From Cenococcum geophilum (Eukaryota), in assembly GCA_050273025.1 (NCBI GenBank), contig CP158636.1, forward strand, positions 930,001 to 994,000: a stretch of 64,000 nucleotides of DNA, read 5' to 3'. Positions within the stretch are counted from its first letter, which is position 1. Each line of letters starts with the position of its first letter. The position numbers and the translations under genes are program-made. The notes below the pieces were generated by a model that ran no database searches, was not told the DNA's origin, and saw only the letters and a list, made by a program, of their open reading frames with translations. This document shows positions 11,215 through 22,785 of this stretch, in pieces.

Positions 11215-13439
11215 TGTTATGGAAGTAGGCATGAGCTAGAATACAATATACTAAACAGGGTAGTAATTAAAGAAGGCTACGTACGCGTAACTATGCGTGG
11301 TTAATACAAAGACATTTAAATAAAGAAGAAGATTCTTTATATGCCAGGTCGGGTATAAATAGGGGTTGTAGGGGAACGTGCGTAGGTGTCTTGGGACGAA
11401 CGTAAGCACGGGTTAAGAACGTTAAAACGCGCAGGGACGTAAGAGCGTGTGAGTCCCGTAATAGTACCCCCCCCTTACTTCCAAGCTTCTGCGAGGCGTG
11501 TCGTGTTATATATACCAGAAAAAAACCCAATACGGGAAAAAAAAATTCGTTAGCCTTCTTTGCCCTTCTACGTCCTCCGTTACACAGGCTCCTCCAGTTC
11601 GGTCCTTCTATGTTTAATTATTAGGCCACTGACTTATTAGGCCTAAAGCATAGCCTAGCTTCTATCGCTAGCTACACTCCTATCCTCGCCGCTTAGAGAC
11701 GCATTGCTAAAGCTTATATAGTCCCTTTCTCGCTTCTAGCAGCTCTACGGCCTTCCCTTCCTATACTCCAGGTCCCCCTAAAAAATTACCCCAATTTTTA
11801 GTCCAAAATGGGCGTTTTAGGCAGTATTTATCGGCCTAAACGGCAGTATAGTACGGTCAGTACAGTGTTCGTGGTCGTGGTAAGGCATATTCTTAGCAGG
11901 TTCTTATCAGTGCGGTACAGTATTCGTATTGTAGGCAGGTTCTTATCGGTGGCAGTATAGTGCCAGCGTAGGTTCCGTAGGCATATCGGCACGGGATCTT
12001 ATCAGATTCGGGTAGCAGTACAGTACTAGCGACGTGTTCGGGTTCCGTAGGCGAATCGGCACGGAGCTTATCAGTTTATATAGTAGTAGTACGGTGCCAG
12101 CAACGGGGCATCTCGTAGGCGTATCGGCACGAGGCTTGTCGGTTTAGGCAGCAGTACAATGCAAGCGACGGGTTTGGGGGTCTAGGGAGCGAGGCTCTAC
12201 CTAGTCGTGTTCGGCTCGTAGGCGTATCAGCACAAGGCTTGTCGGTTTGGGTAGCAGTACAATATAAGCAACGGGCGGCTTAAGACAGTCTAGGTATCGG
12301 ATGCAAATAGCTTCGGCGGCGGCAGTATAATGCTAGCAATAGGTTCGGGCGGCTTAGGACAATTCGGGTATCAGATGTAGAGAGCTTCGGCGGCAGGTTC
12401 GGACGGTAGCAGTACGGTGCCAGCGACGGGTTGTCTCATAGGCGTATCAGCACGAGGCTTATCGGTTCGGGTAGGTAGCAGTACAATACCAGCGACAGAT
12501 TCGGCTCATAGGCGTATCGGCACGAGGCTTATTAGTTTAGGCAGCAGTACGATGCAAGCGACGGGTTCGGGGGTCTAGGGAGCGAGGCTCTACCTAGTCG
12601 TGTTCGGCTCGTAGGCGTATCGGCACGAGGCTTGTTGGTTTAGGTAGCAGTACAATACAAGCGACAGGGTTTGGGGGTCTAGGGAGCAAAGCTCTACCTA
12701 GTCGTGTTCGGGTTAGGTCGTAGGCTTATCGGCACAACGGGTTATTGGGTTCATTTCGCAGGCGTAGCGGCGCGAGGTCTTGTTGGTACGTAGGGCAGTA
12801 CGTGTAGGTCAATAGGACAGTAGTAAGATACCAGCTTCCGTGTTCGTGTTCGTGTTCGTGTAGTAGTAGGATGCGAGCCATTAGGTCAAACCGAGGGGCA
12901 GTAACGTGCCTGTTCGTAATAGCAGTAGGATATAAGCCATTAAGGTCGTAGGCGTATCGGCGCAATATCTTGTCGGTAGGTCGTAATTCTATAGGCGTAT
13001 CGGCGTGGTATCTTATTATCGGGTCCGTATGCAAATCGGCGCGGAGACTTGTCGTACTAGTTCAGAACCCCAGCGTCCTAGTCTACCCACAGCCAGCAGC
13101 TCCTGTATCTACCCCGTAGGCGTAGAAAGGTATACTCCGCGACCAGTAGCCCACAGGCCTGCTAGGTATAGAAAAGGGATCTAAATGTAGTATTACGGAA
13201 GTGGGCACGAGCTGGAATACAATGTACTAAACAGGGTAGTAATTGAAGAAGGCTACGTACGCGTAACTATGCGTGGTTGATACAAAGACATTTGGATGAA
13301 GAAGAAGATTCTTCGTGTGCCAGGTCGGGTATAAATAGGGGTTGTAGGGGAACGTGCGTAGGTGTCTCGGGACGAACGTAAGCACGGGTTAAGAACGTCA
13401 AAACGCGCAGGGACGTGAGAGCGTGTGAGTCCCGTGACA
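11215..13439 (-). mobile_element. Non-autonomous LTR element D (249-bp LTRs 11215-11463 and 13191-13439; 1.7-kb internal region without gag/pol)
   Basis: Two matching LTRs, TSD GGGTC (11210-11214, 13440-13444), minus-strand polypurine tract (C-run ~11467-11474), no gag/pol motif seen. Confidence 0.92.
11820..13055. repeat. Complex degenerate repeat array inside element D
   Basis: About 12 copies of GTAGGCGTATCGGCACG-like core, repeated GGCAGCAGTAC..TGC.AGCGACGGG, and 3 copies of GGGGGTCTAGGGAGCGAGGCTCTACCTAGTCGTGTTCGG (12176, 12569, 12673). Confidence 0.88.
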
Positions 13440-14777
13440 GGGTCTGAACTTCAAAGACCTAGGTTTGTAGCCGTCACTATATATAGGTGCAGAATCCGTT
13501 TTCGACGGCCTATTATAGTCTATAAGGACTTTAATAGGATAATTGCTTCCTATATAATAATATCGCTAGTGCTTTATTACTATAATTATTATAAGTAGCT
13601 CCTAGTTATATGTTATATAACAAAACCTTTACCACACATGCAACCTTACTAAAAGGTAGCGCCATACTCCAAAACTTACGCATACCCATCTTACCATCAA
13701 AAACAATCGATTTTCTAACTTTTAAGACCTAATTCCTACTGCCTAGCGAGCTAGAGGTGGATTTATTTGTCGTTTTACCCCCTTTCCCTAATAGAAAATT
13801 TTCTCTAAGGGTGGCCCTAGCTTATAAGCGAGGCATGGACAGGAACACTAAACCTACTACCACTACCACTAATACCAAAACTATAAAATAGGGGCTAGTT
13901 TCTCTACTACCTCTTAGCCTAATCTCCCCAGAAATCTTCTAGTAGGATTAGTAAGGAGAAAAGGGTATAAGGATAGTAAAAACTAGGAAAACCCCCTTAT
14001 AAGACACAAAATGCCAAGGCCCGGTAGGCCTAAAAAGAAACCTCCTATAGAAATAAGTGATAATGAGTCTATATCTACATTCACTTTTTCTGGCCCTTCT
14101 CCTTCTCCTGGCCTATTTGGGACAGGAGAAAAAAGAGGACATCCTTAGTCTTCTACTGAAAAAGAAAACCAAAAACCTGTAAAAAAGATAACTAAACTAA
14201 GGACTTTTATGGCTGGTATACCTAGTATATCTTTCTCCCCCCTTTCTCTAGAATAACACCTATAAAAGGCTCTAGATAGCCTAACCCAGGCCTATAAAGG
14301 GCTAGAAGAAGAAGAAGAAGAAGAAGATAAAAAGGAATAAGTTAAATAGCTAGAGGACTATACACGTAGTATCCTAGTAGGAGAAAACCCCTTTATAAAA
14401 GGAAAAGAAAAAGAAAAGACAAAAGATGTCCTAAAAAGACTAGTCGAAGAAGTAAGAGCTCTCCGTAAGGAGGTAGCCCCTACTAAAGAAACCTACGCAG
14501 AGAGGCTAAAGAAGGACCTCCCTACTTTGTCCTCTCTATCCTCTTCGTTACTACCATTTCCTACTTCTTCTACTTCTACTAGAAGTAAGAAAAAGCAGCT
14601 ATAAGAAAGAAAGCTAGTTCTAATTACAGACTAAAAGGACTAACCTTTAGATACCTTCTCTATACGAAACAAAGTCAATTAACTATTTGCATTAAAACTG
14701 CAAGTAGAAAAACCTGTTTTAGCATCTATAGCTAGAACTAAGGGAAAACAAAATATCCTTCTTATAACTACGGAAGA

Positions 14778-17700
14778 TATAACGGAGCCTTATAGCAGGA
14801 ACTACGGTGGACTCGTTAATGGGCTAGGTATATAGGTATTGTAAGTAAGTCAACAACGTAATAATAACTGGTAAAGTGGTTGCCTAATAGATTAACTCTA
14901 ATTATATTCTGAGAATTACTATAAGGAAGGAACTATCTAGGTAGGGATTAAGGGTTCTTAAATATATAACCGTACTCCTATAAAATCCTTCTTATATATA
15001 AAGTACGCAGTATACGTAAGGTATATAAGTTCCTCCCGTTCCTCTTGTTCCTTATATAGCACCCTATATAACCTTAGTTACTATTCCTTATTATATAGTT
15101 CTATAGGTTCCATCCTAGACCGTGCCTATATTAACTAACTAGCTTCTTTTAACTCTTCTCTAAGTAGTTATAATATTGTACTTAAAGCATTTATAACACT
15201 ATCTCCCTCCTCTTTATCTTTATCTTTAAAGATACCTAGCATCTCTAAGTTATTTACTAGAGGTATAATATCCATCTAATTAATTTGGTTAATATTATTA
15301 CTTATAATGCCTAAAGCTTTTTCTTCTTTACACGCGTAACGTTATGCTCGTACCATTGCTGCGATATTATCTCTTAGCAAGATAATGCTATCTCCGTGTT
15401 CTTATTATATAAAAGAGGGGTTAGTGTATATTACGTTGGCAAGTCCTCTATCTTAACAGCCCTCTTTTTATACGGAGTGCACTAAAGTAAACGTTTAATC
15501 GTCCTGCAATATTCGCTTAATTTCTAACGCTAAGTGTGCGCGTCCTATAACTCTTAATAGTCTCTAAGTTCCCTAAGTAATTTATTATAAAGTTTTGTGT
15601 TTAATCTACCGCTGCGAAGCTTAATAGTAAGCTATCCTTAGCGCTGCTTACGGTTTAATATACCTTAGAAGAGTCCGCATATATTCTTAAAGCTTAGCGT
15701 CTAGCTTACGCCCGTCTTTAGCGTTTAGAATATATCCGTAAGAAGGTTTATTTAAAGGAGTGGAAACTTGTTTAATAAGGTTTATAAGAACTTAGTAATA
15801 AAAGAATGGATTCTCTTCTAATAGAGAAGGAAATAACTCTAAGTAGTTCGGCAGTCGCTCTTCCTGGGTCCCCCTTAGGTAACTTATTCTTTAGCGATTT
15901 TCCTTTATTAATATTGCCTGACCTTTTTTCTTTTAATACTCCTGTACCTTTCCTATAGCGTTCTTTAGGTTCTCTAGTAGCTCCTAGGTAGTCTTATTAT
16001 AGCCTATTTATTTTACTCTATACTATATTTTATTATCTACGTCCTTATAATTAACAATCTTTAAAACTTACTATTTGTCTTCCTCTTGTCCTCTATATAT
16101 ATCTGCTTTATAAACTAGTAGCTTAATATTCCCGTATACTGGCTCTAGCATTATAATATGCTGTATAGGGTAGATCTTTATCCTAGCTGGTAAATTTAAC
16201 TTAAATATAACTAATGAAATTTTTTATATAATTTTAAAAGGTCCTAGTCTAACGTAGTCCAACTTCTTACTTAGTCGTTAACTCTTAAAATTTTTGTATA
16301 GTAGCTATACTTTATCTCCCTCCTTAAGATCTAGTCCCTTAGATCTCTTAATATCGTAGTACTTTTTCATCCTTTACTATACCACCTTAGCTGTTTCCAT
16401 AAGGTCTGCATAAAAATTTATTAAACTCTTTATTCTTTACTTAGCTATACTACTTATCTTCTTTACTTAATATAGCGATAATAAGGTCCTTAGCTTATAT
16501 CCATAATTCGCCTTAAATAGTAATATACCTATTCCTTTTTATAGTGTTATATTATATACGAACTATATAACTAGTAATAGCGATACCTAATTATTCTGTG
16601 CATAATTAATATAATGCCTTAGATATTATTCTAGTGTCTAATTTAATCTTTCCGTTTAACCGTCTGTCTATAGATAATATGCAGTAAAAGTTACTACTTA
16701 AACTCCTTGCTCTGCTAAGAATACTTCTTAAAATGCTGCTATAAATCTTAAATCTCTATCCAATATGATCTTACTTAGTACTCTATATCTTATAAATACT
16801 TCTTTAATATAGATTCTAGTAACATCTTCTGCTAATATTTCTTCTAAATATGCTATAAAGTATCCCTACTTTATAAGCTTGTCTATTATTACTAAGATTA
16901 CATTATAATCTTATCTGGTAATAAGATCTCTTAACTTTAGTAACTTAATAATAGAGTCCTATAATATAACCTCCTATAGTCTCTTTAGTATTTTAATAGG
17001 TTGTAGCTCTCTATATAGCTTATACCTTATTAGTTTATTCCTTTAATAATTTGGATATTCTTTTATAACTTGCCTAGCTAGTCCCTAGATTCCATTAATA
17101 ATATACTCCTCTTAAAGTCTTAACACTAAGCCTATAGCTCTATTATATCCTTAAATTAGTCCTTTATAAAATAACTTAATAAACTCCTTTATAATAGATC
17201 TTGGTACGTACATCGCTTTTTAATTTTTATACTACTCTAAATCTAAATCCTCTATTTATATATCTAGGATCTTTTATATCTAATTACTTTCTAGTAATTT
17301 ATAGGTCTTCTCTTCTTATATTGCTATAATCTTTAGATAATTATACCTAATTAGTCTATCTATATCCCTTTGCAATAAAGCCCCTAATAGCTTTTTATTA
17401 TTTTATAGTTTAGTCTTTCTACTTAAAGCGTTTGCTCGTGTATTCTCTATACCCTTAGTATACTAAATCTTAAAATAGTACTCCGTAAGTATCTCCGCCT
17501 ATCTAACCTATCTATAATTAAGTTCTTTTATTATTAGGAACCCTATTAGGTTCTTATAATCCATCTTAACTATAAATAGTTTTTCTATACCTTATAAGAA
17601 TGATCTTTATTTCTTTAGTACTACAACTATACCTAACAACTCCTTATTATAGATGTTATAGTTTAGTTCCGGTAGTATTATCTTTTGACTATAGTATGCT

Positions 17701-20700
17701 ACTGGGTGCCATCTATCTTTATATTTCTATAGAAAGTACACTTCTAGTATATAGTCTAATGCATCTATTTCAACTACTATCTCTAACTATAGTTAATAGA
17801 TTTTAAGAACTGGCTCCTAGGTAAATAACTATTTAACTTTCTTAAGCAGTTCCTTTTGTTCCTTTCCCTATACCTATAGTTCTTCCTTCTTTATTAATCT
17901 TATAAGTGGCTTAATATTCTTTAACTATTAAGCTATAAACCTTCTATAGTAGTTACAGAACCCTAGAAATAACCTTAACTATATTATATTTTCTAGTTCT
18001 TGCTAATTTACTATAGCCTTAATCTTCTTTAGATCTATACTAAGTTGGCCTAGTTTAATAATAAATCTAACAAAATCTGTCTTCCTAGTAAAGAATTTAT
18101 ATTTCTTAATTGCTACTAGCATCTATTCTTCTTATAGTCTCTTTAAAACCCATTTAATGTATTCTCCATATTCTTCCTTACTTATTAAGTAGATAATAAT
18201 ATTATTAAGATATACCATAACAAATTTATTTAAGTGTTCTTTTAATATATTATTAATACGCTTCTAAAACGTTGCTAGTGTGTTTATAAGCCTAAATTGT
18301 ATAACTAATAGTTTATATAATCCTTTCTTTAACCTAAAGGCTGCCTTTTATTTATTGCCTTCCTTAATTCTAATTTAATAGTACGCCCATCTTAGATCTA
18401 TCTTTGTAAAGATTTACGCGTTACCGATCCTATTTTAGATTTCGCTAATTAAGGGTAAAGAATACCTATCCTTCCTAGTAATGCTGTTTAACTATCTATA
18501 GTTAATGCATAGCCTAAGTTTTCTATTCTTCTTTAGTACGAATAGTACTAGATATCCCGCTAATAACTGTAATAGTCTAATATATCCTTTTTAAAGATTT
18601 TTTTAGATAAACTCCTTAAGTGCCTATAACTCTTTTTCTATTAACTTATAAGTTAGGTAAAACCTTAAACTTATTTCTAGTTTTAGCTCTATCTTATAGT
18701 CCCATGCTATATAATTTAACAGCTTTTTACTTTCTAGTAACTATAGCTTCTTGCTATACTTATAGTATCTCTTTAGTATATAGCTTAATCCTTAATTAGT
18801 CTCCTTATATATCGCTCCAACTTAGTACCATACTAACTTGGTTTATTGTTGCATCTTATATTATTATATATCTTTAATATCAACCTAACCTATAACCTAA
18901 TCGATCTTTAGATTATATTCTTATAATTAAGGCATTCCTAATACTACCTTATTATTCCCTAATAGTAATATATTAAAAGACATCTTAACTTATCTCCCTT
19001 TAATGGTTATCTAAATTAGTTCTATTTTAAGATTAATAATACCTCCTCCGTAGGCTATTGGATCTCCTAAAATTATTACTAATAGATAAGGGTGCTCTTT
19101 TTACCTATATAGTAGCCCCATCCTTTTAACTGCTGCTAATAAGATATAGTTTTATGTCGCTCTACTATCTACTAATGCTTTAAACTATTAATCTTACTAA
19201 TTAACTCTTAGGTTTAGGTGTTATCCTTAAATTCCTTTAAGGGTCTAAGGCTCTATTACTAGCTCCCTCTAGTTCTATAGGCCTCTACTTTTCCTAACTA
19301 TTAGCTGCTTAATCCTATTTATACTTAGTCTAACTTAGGCTAATACTTAGTTCACTTTTTATCTTTAATATACTATAGATAGGTGTTCTCTAGACATTCC
19401 TACTATTATTATCCATCTAAGCATTCTTCCGTAAAGAACCTTTCTAGTTAAAGTATTAAACTTCCTTTCTCTTAGACTTCTGCTAGATGCCAGCTATATA
19501 TATACTTAGCATTCCTATACTATTATTTATCTATTATCTAGTATATCCTTATAAGGTATTTCCAATTCTTTTCCTTTAGATTCTTATATATCTTATATAT
19601 ATCGTCTATATATGCAATCTATAATAGCGTATAGTATACTAGGTACTTTAGGTTAACTCTTAACTTATCTTCGTCTTTAAGTTTAAACCTCTATCACATT
19701 AATCTAAACGTTGCGACTTTATTCGCAGGTACTAAGACGCGCCTTTTGCTTCTCTAGTCCTCTAATCGTTCCTTTAAATCCTTTAATATTATAATTAAGA
19801 CTCCCTTAATATAATTTATCGCTTTTTCCGTAATTAGGTGGTTTTAGATAACTTTTTTATCCAACTATATATAGAAATCTTCCTACTTATTATTGTGTCG
19901 TTGCCTATACCACTTTTAGTATAGCTACTAAAATATATACGGTCTGTCCGTAAAGAAGTATCTTCTTATTACTGCATTATAATAGCCTTTTATGTATTAT
20001 TCTTCGAACCTAGTAGAAATCCCTAAATCCTCTTTATTTTCCAGTTTAGTAAGCCACTTAGCTCTTAGTATGCCTATTCTTAGCCTATTAGTAATTCTTT
20101 ATATAGGTGCTCTGTCCCTTATAGAACCTAATATACTAAATCTTATATCTAGTTTCTTTTCTTACTATACAATAATTCTTGCTCTAAACTCGTTTATAGT
20201 TTCTTATTATTTACGTCTTATAATTAGATCCTTAAAGTTCTCTTACTTCTTAATCGCTATATTAACTTTTTAATCTTTAGGTTAAATACTGCATTTACTT
20301 AGTAAGTCTTCTAGGTCTATATATCTATCTCCTAATCTAACTGCTATTTATACTACAGATTCCCTAATCTATAGTAAAGTCTCTTACTTCTTTTTTGCGG
20401 GTGTCCTTATTCGTACTCCGAATTCTTAACCCCTTAGATTCTTTAATCCTAAGCTTACTTCTTTTTTAAGCTATACTCTAGCCTTAGTTTAACTAGGCTT
20501 TACTAGTGTCCTTATCTCGTCTTAAGAGTCCTAGATCTTACTTATCTCGTCTTAAGAGTCTTATACCTTTAGAAAACTTCATCCTAAGCTTATTCGTATA
20601 TTACTGAACTAAGCTATTACTCTATCCTATCGGTTCTCGTCTATTATAGGTCCTTAAGCATACCTTATCTTATCTTAAGAATCTTAGTTATCTCTTATCT

Positions 20701-22785
20701 CGTCTTAAGAATCTTAAGCCTTTAGCCTTTTGCCTTTATTAAGTGGTGAGCTAGCACTAGCAGTCGTCTGCTTGCTTAATCGTCTCTAAATATTACTCCT
20801 TTTATCTTATAAAGCAATAGATGCCGTATCTAATGGTGTTATAATACCCGTTACTAAACCTTGCTCTATAGCGGTCTTAGTCTCTACTTCTATTACGTTA
20901 TTAAGGTTTAAATACCCCTAGTTAGTTCCTTTACTATCCTTATCGCTGTTAATTAATAAGTACTCTAACTCTATTATCATTATTACTAATTATTATTTAC
21001 ATATTGCTGTAATATCTTAATCTAGCTTATAGAGTTAATCTTATTCTTTATCTAACTCTTTAGTTCCTCTAAGTCCTCTTAACTTTAACTCTTATAGCTA
21101 ATAGCTTGCACTATACTTAGCGTCTTTATAAATTTGGTATACGTTGTTGTAATAAAACGCAAAACTTCTAATTAAATACTCTTTTGTTCCTTATAGCACA
21201 CTATTATCCCTTTATATATCTATATTATATACTACTAGTCTAGTTCCCTTTACTACGTAATAACTCTAACTACTTTTATAGTCTCTAGTAAAATAACCCT
21301 ATTTTCCGTAATTTATATAAGCTCCCTCTTTAAACCATTGCTTTTATTATAGAGTTTGCTTAAACGTCTTCTATTGCTAAGATTCTTAATTTAACCTATA
21401 CTCCTTAGTCCTATAATTACTTAATCCTTAACCTCTAAGTTTCTATAGTTTCTTACTCTATCTCTTATAGGTTTCTTTAGTACCACTTAGGTTTATTAGC
21501 TCTGCGCTATACCATATTTTCTAATTTAGCTTAGGTTATTACGTACTCTGCATCTTATACAACTATAGAACTCTATCCTGGCCTTTCTTAGCCTATTCCC
21601 TTTAGTAGATCCTATTGTTAATCTTTATCGCTTAATTTATTAGTTCCCTTAGGGTATCTACATCTTTTATTAGGATAATCGCATCCTAGACTTTAGCCTT
21701 AAGTCCCTGTTTGTACTATACTATAAGCACCTTATTATTCCACTTAACTTATATAGCTAGCGTTTAGAACTGCGTTATATACTTAATTACTAAGGTTTAT
21801 TACATAATATCTTAAAGTTTTCTTTCCGCTATAGTTGTTACCTCTAGATCTTTAAATATTTACGTAAGTTGTTCCGCGAATCCGTTTTAGCTTAAGAATA
21901 TAAACCGTACTTCTTAGTTTGTTATTATTATTCCATTTACTTATATCTCTATAAGGTAAGGCTTAAACTATTTAAATACTCTTCCTAATAAGAATAATCC
22001 TGCATATGCTACTTAATCCATAATTATTACTAGCTTTACTCCCTCTTATATAACCTTAAAGTATATTTATATAAGGAATCCTTTAAGCTTTAATCTCTCT
22101 CCTAAGAATCTTTTAATTAATGGTAACTTAACCTTTGCTGCTCCTATTTTATTAATCCTATTTTTAAGTACTGCGTTATCTTCTATTAACTAGTTAACTA
22201 TTACTTATAACTGTCCTACTGTTATAGGTTGTTGTAAATTAGTGTCTGCTATACTGGTATCGTTACCTAATCTTAACGTAGTTGCCGCCGTTAATAGCGT
22301 CGTAGTAGCTGCTTTTAGTGGTATATTATTTAACTTATTAAAACCGTAACCATAGTAGTAATTATATAACAGAGCCTTATAGTAGGAACTACGGTAGACT
22401 TGTTAATAGGCTAGGTATATAGGTATTGCAAGTAAGTCAACAACGTAATAATAACTGGTGGAGTAGTTGCCTAATAGATTAACTCTAATTATATTCTGAG
22501 AATTACTATAAGGAAGGAACTATCTAGGTAGGGACTAAGGGTCCTTAAATATATAACCATACTCCTATAAAATCCTTCTTATACGTAAAGTACGCAGTAT
22601 ACGTAAGGTATATGAGTTCCTCCTATTTCTCTCGTTCCTTACGTAGCACCCCATATAACCTTGGTTACCATTCCTCGTTATATAGTTCTACGGGTTCTAT
22701 CTTAGACCGTGCCTATATTAACCAACTAGCTTCTTCTAACTCTTCTCTAAGTAGTCGTAATATTGTACTTAAAGCGTTTGTAATA
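14778..22785 (-). mobile_element. Gypsy family C copy 1, full length; LTRs 14778-15198 and 22365-22785 (421 bp)
   Basis: TSD GAAGA; minus-strand PPT GAGGAGGGAGATAG at 15199-15212; gag, protease (ALVDS), RT, RNase H, integrase and chromodomain remnants; homologous throughout to 31496-39443. Confidence 0.95.
15307..15930 (+). pseudogene. Antisense accessory ORF of Gypsy C1: Cys6 cluster plus coiled coil
   Basis: ATG 15307; MPKAFSS...IMLSPCSYYIKEGLVYITLASPLS*QPSFYTECTKVNV*SSCNIR; conserved in C2. 3' end approximate. Confidence 0.65.

Noticed and set aside
11820..13055. CRISPR-like array
   Set aside because: Repeats are degenerate, spacings are irregular, spacers are themselves repeated, there are no cas genes, and the context is a fungal LTR element.
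11215..13439. Retrozyme (hammerhead-containing LTR element)
   Set aside because: No CTGATGA hammerhead core was seen on either strand of the LTR by eye; a covariance-model search was not run.
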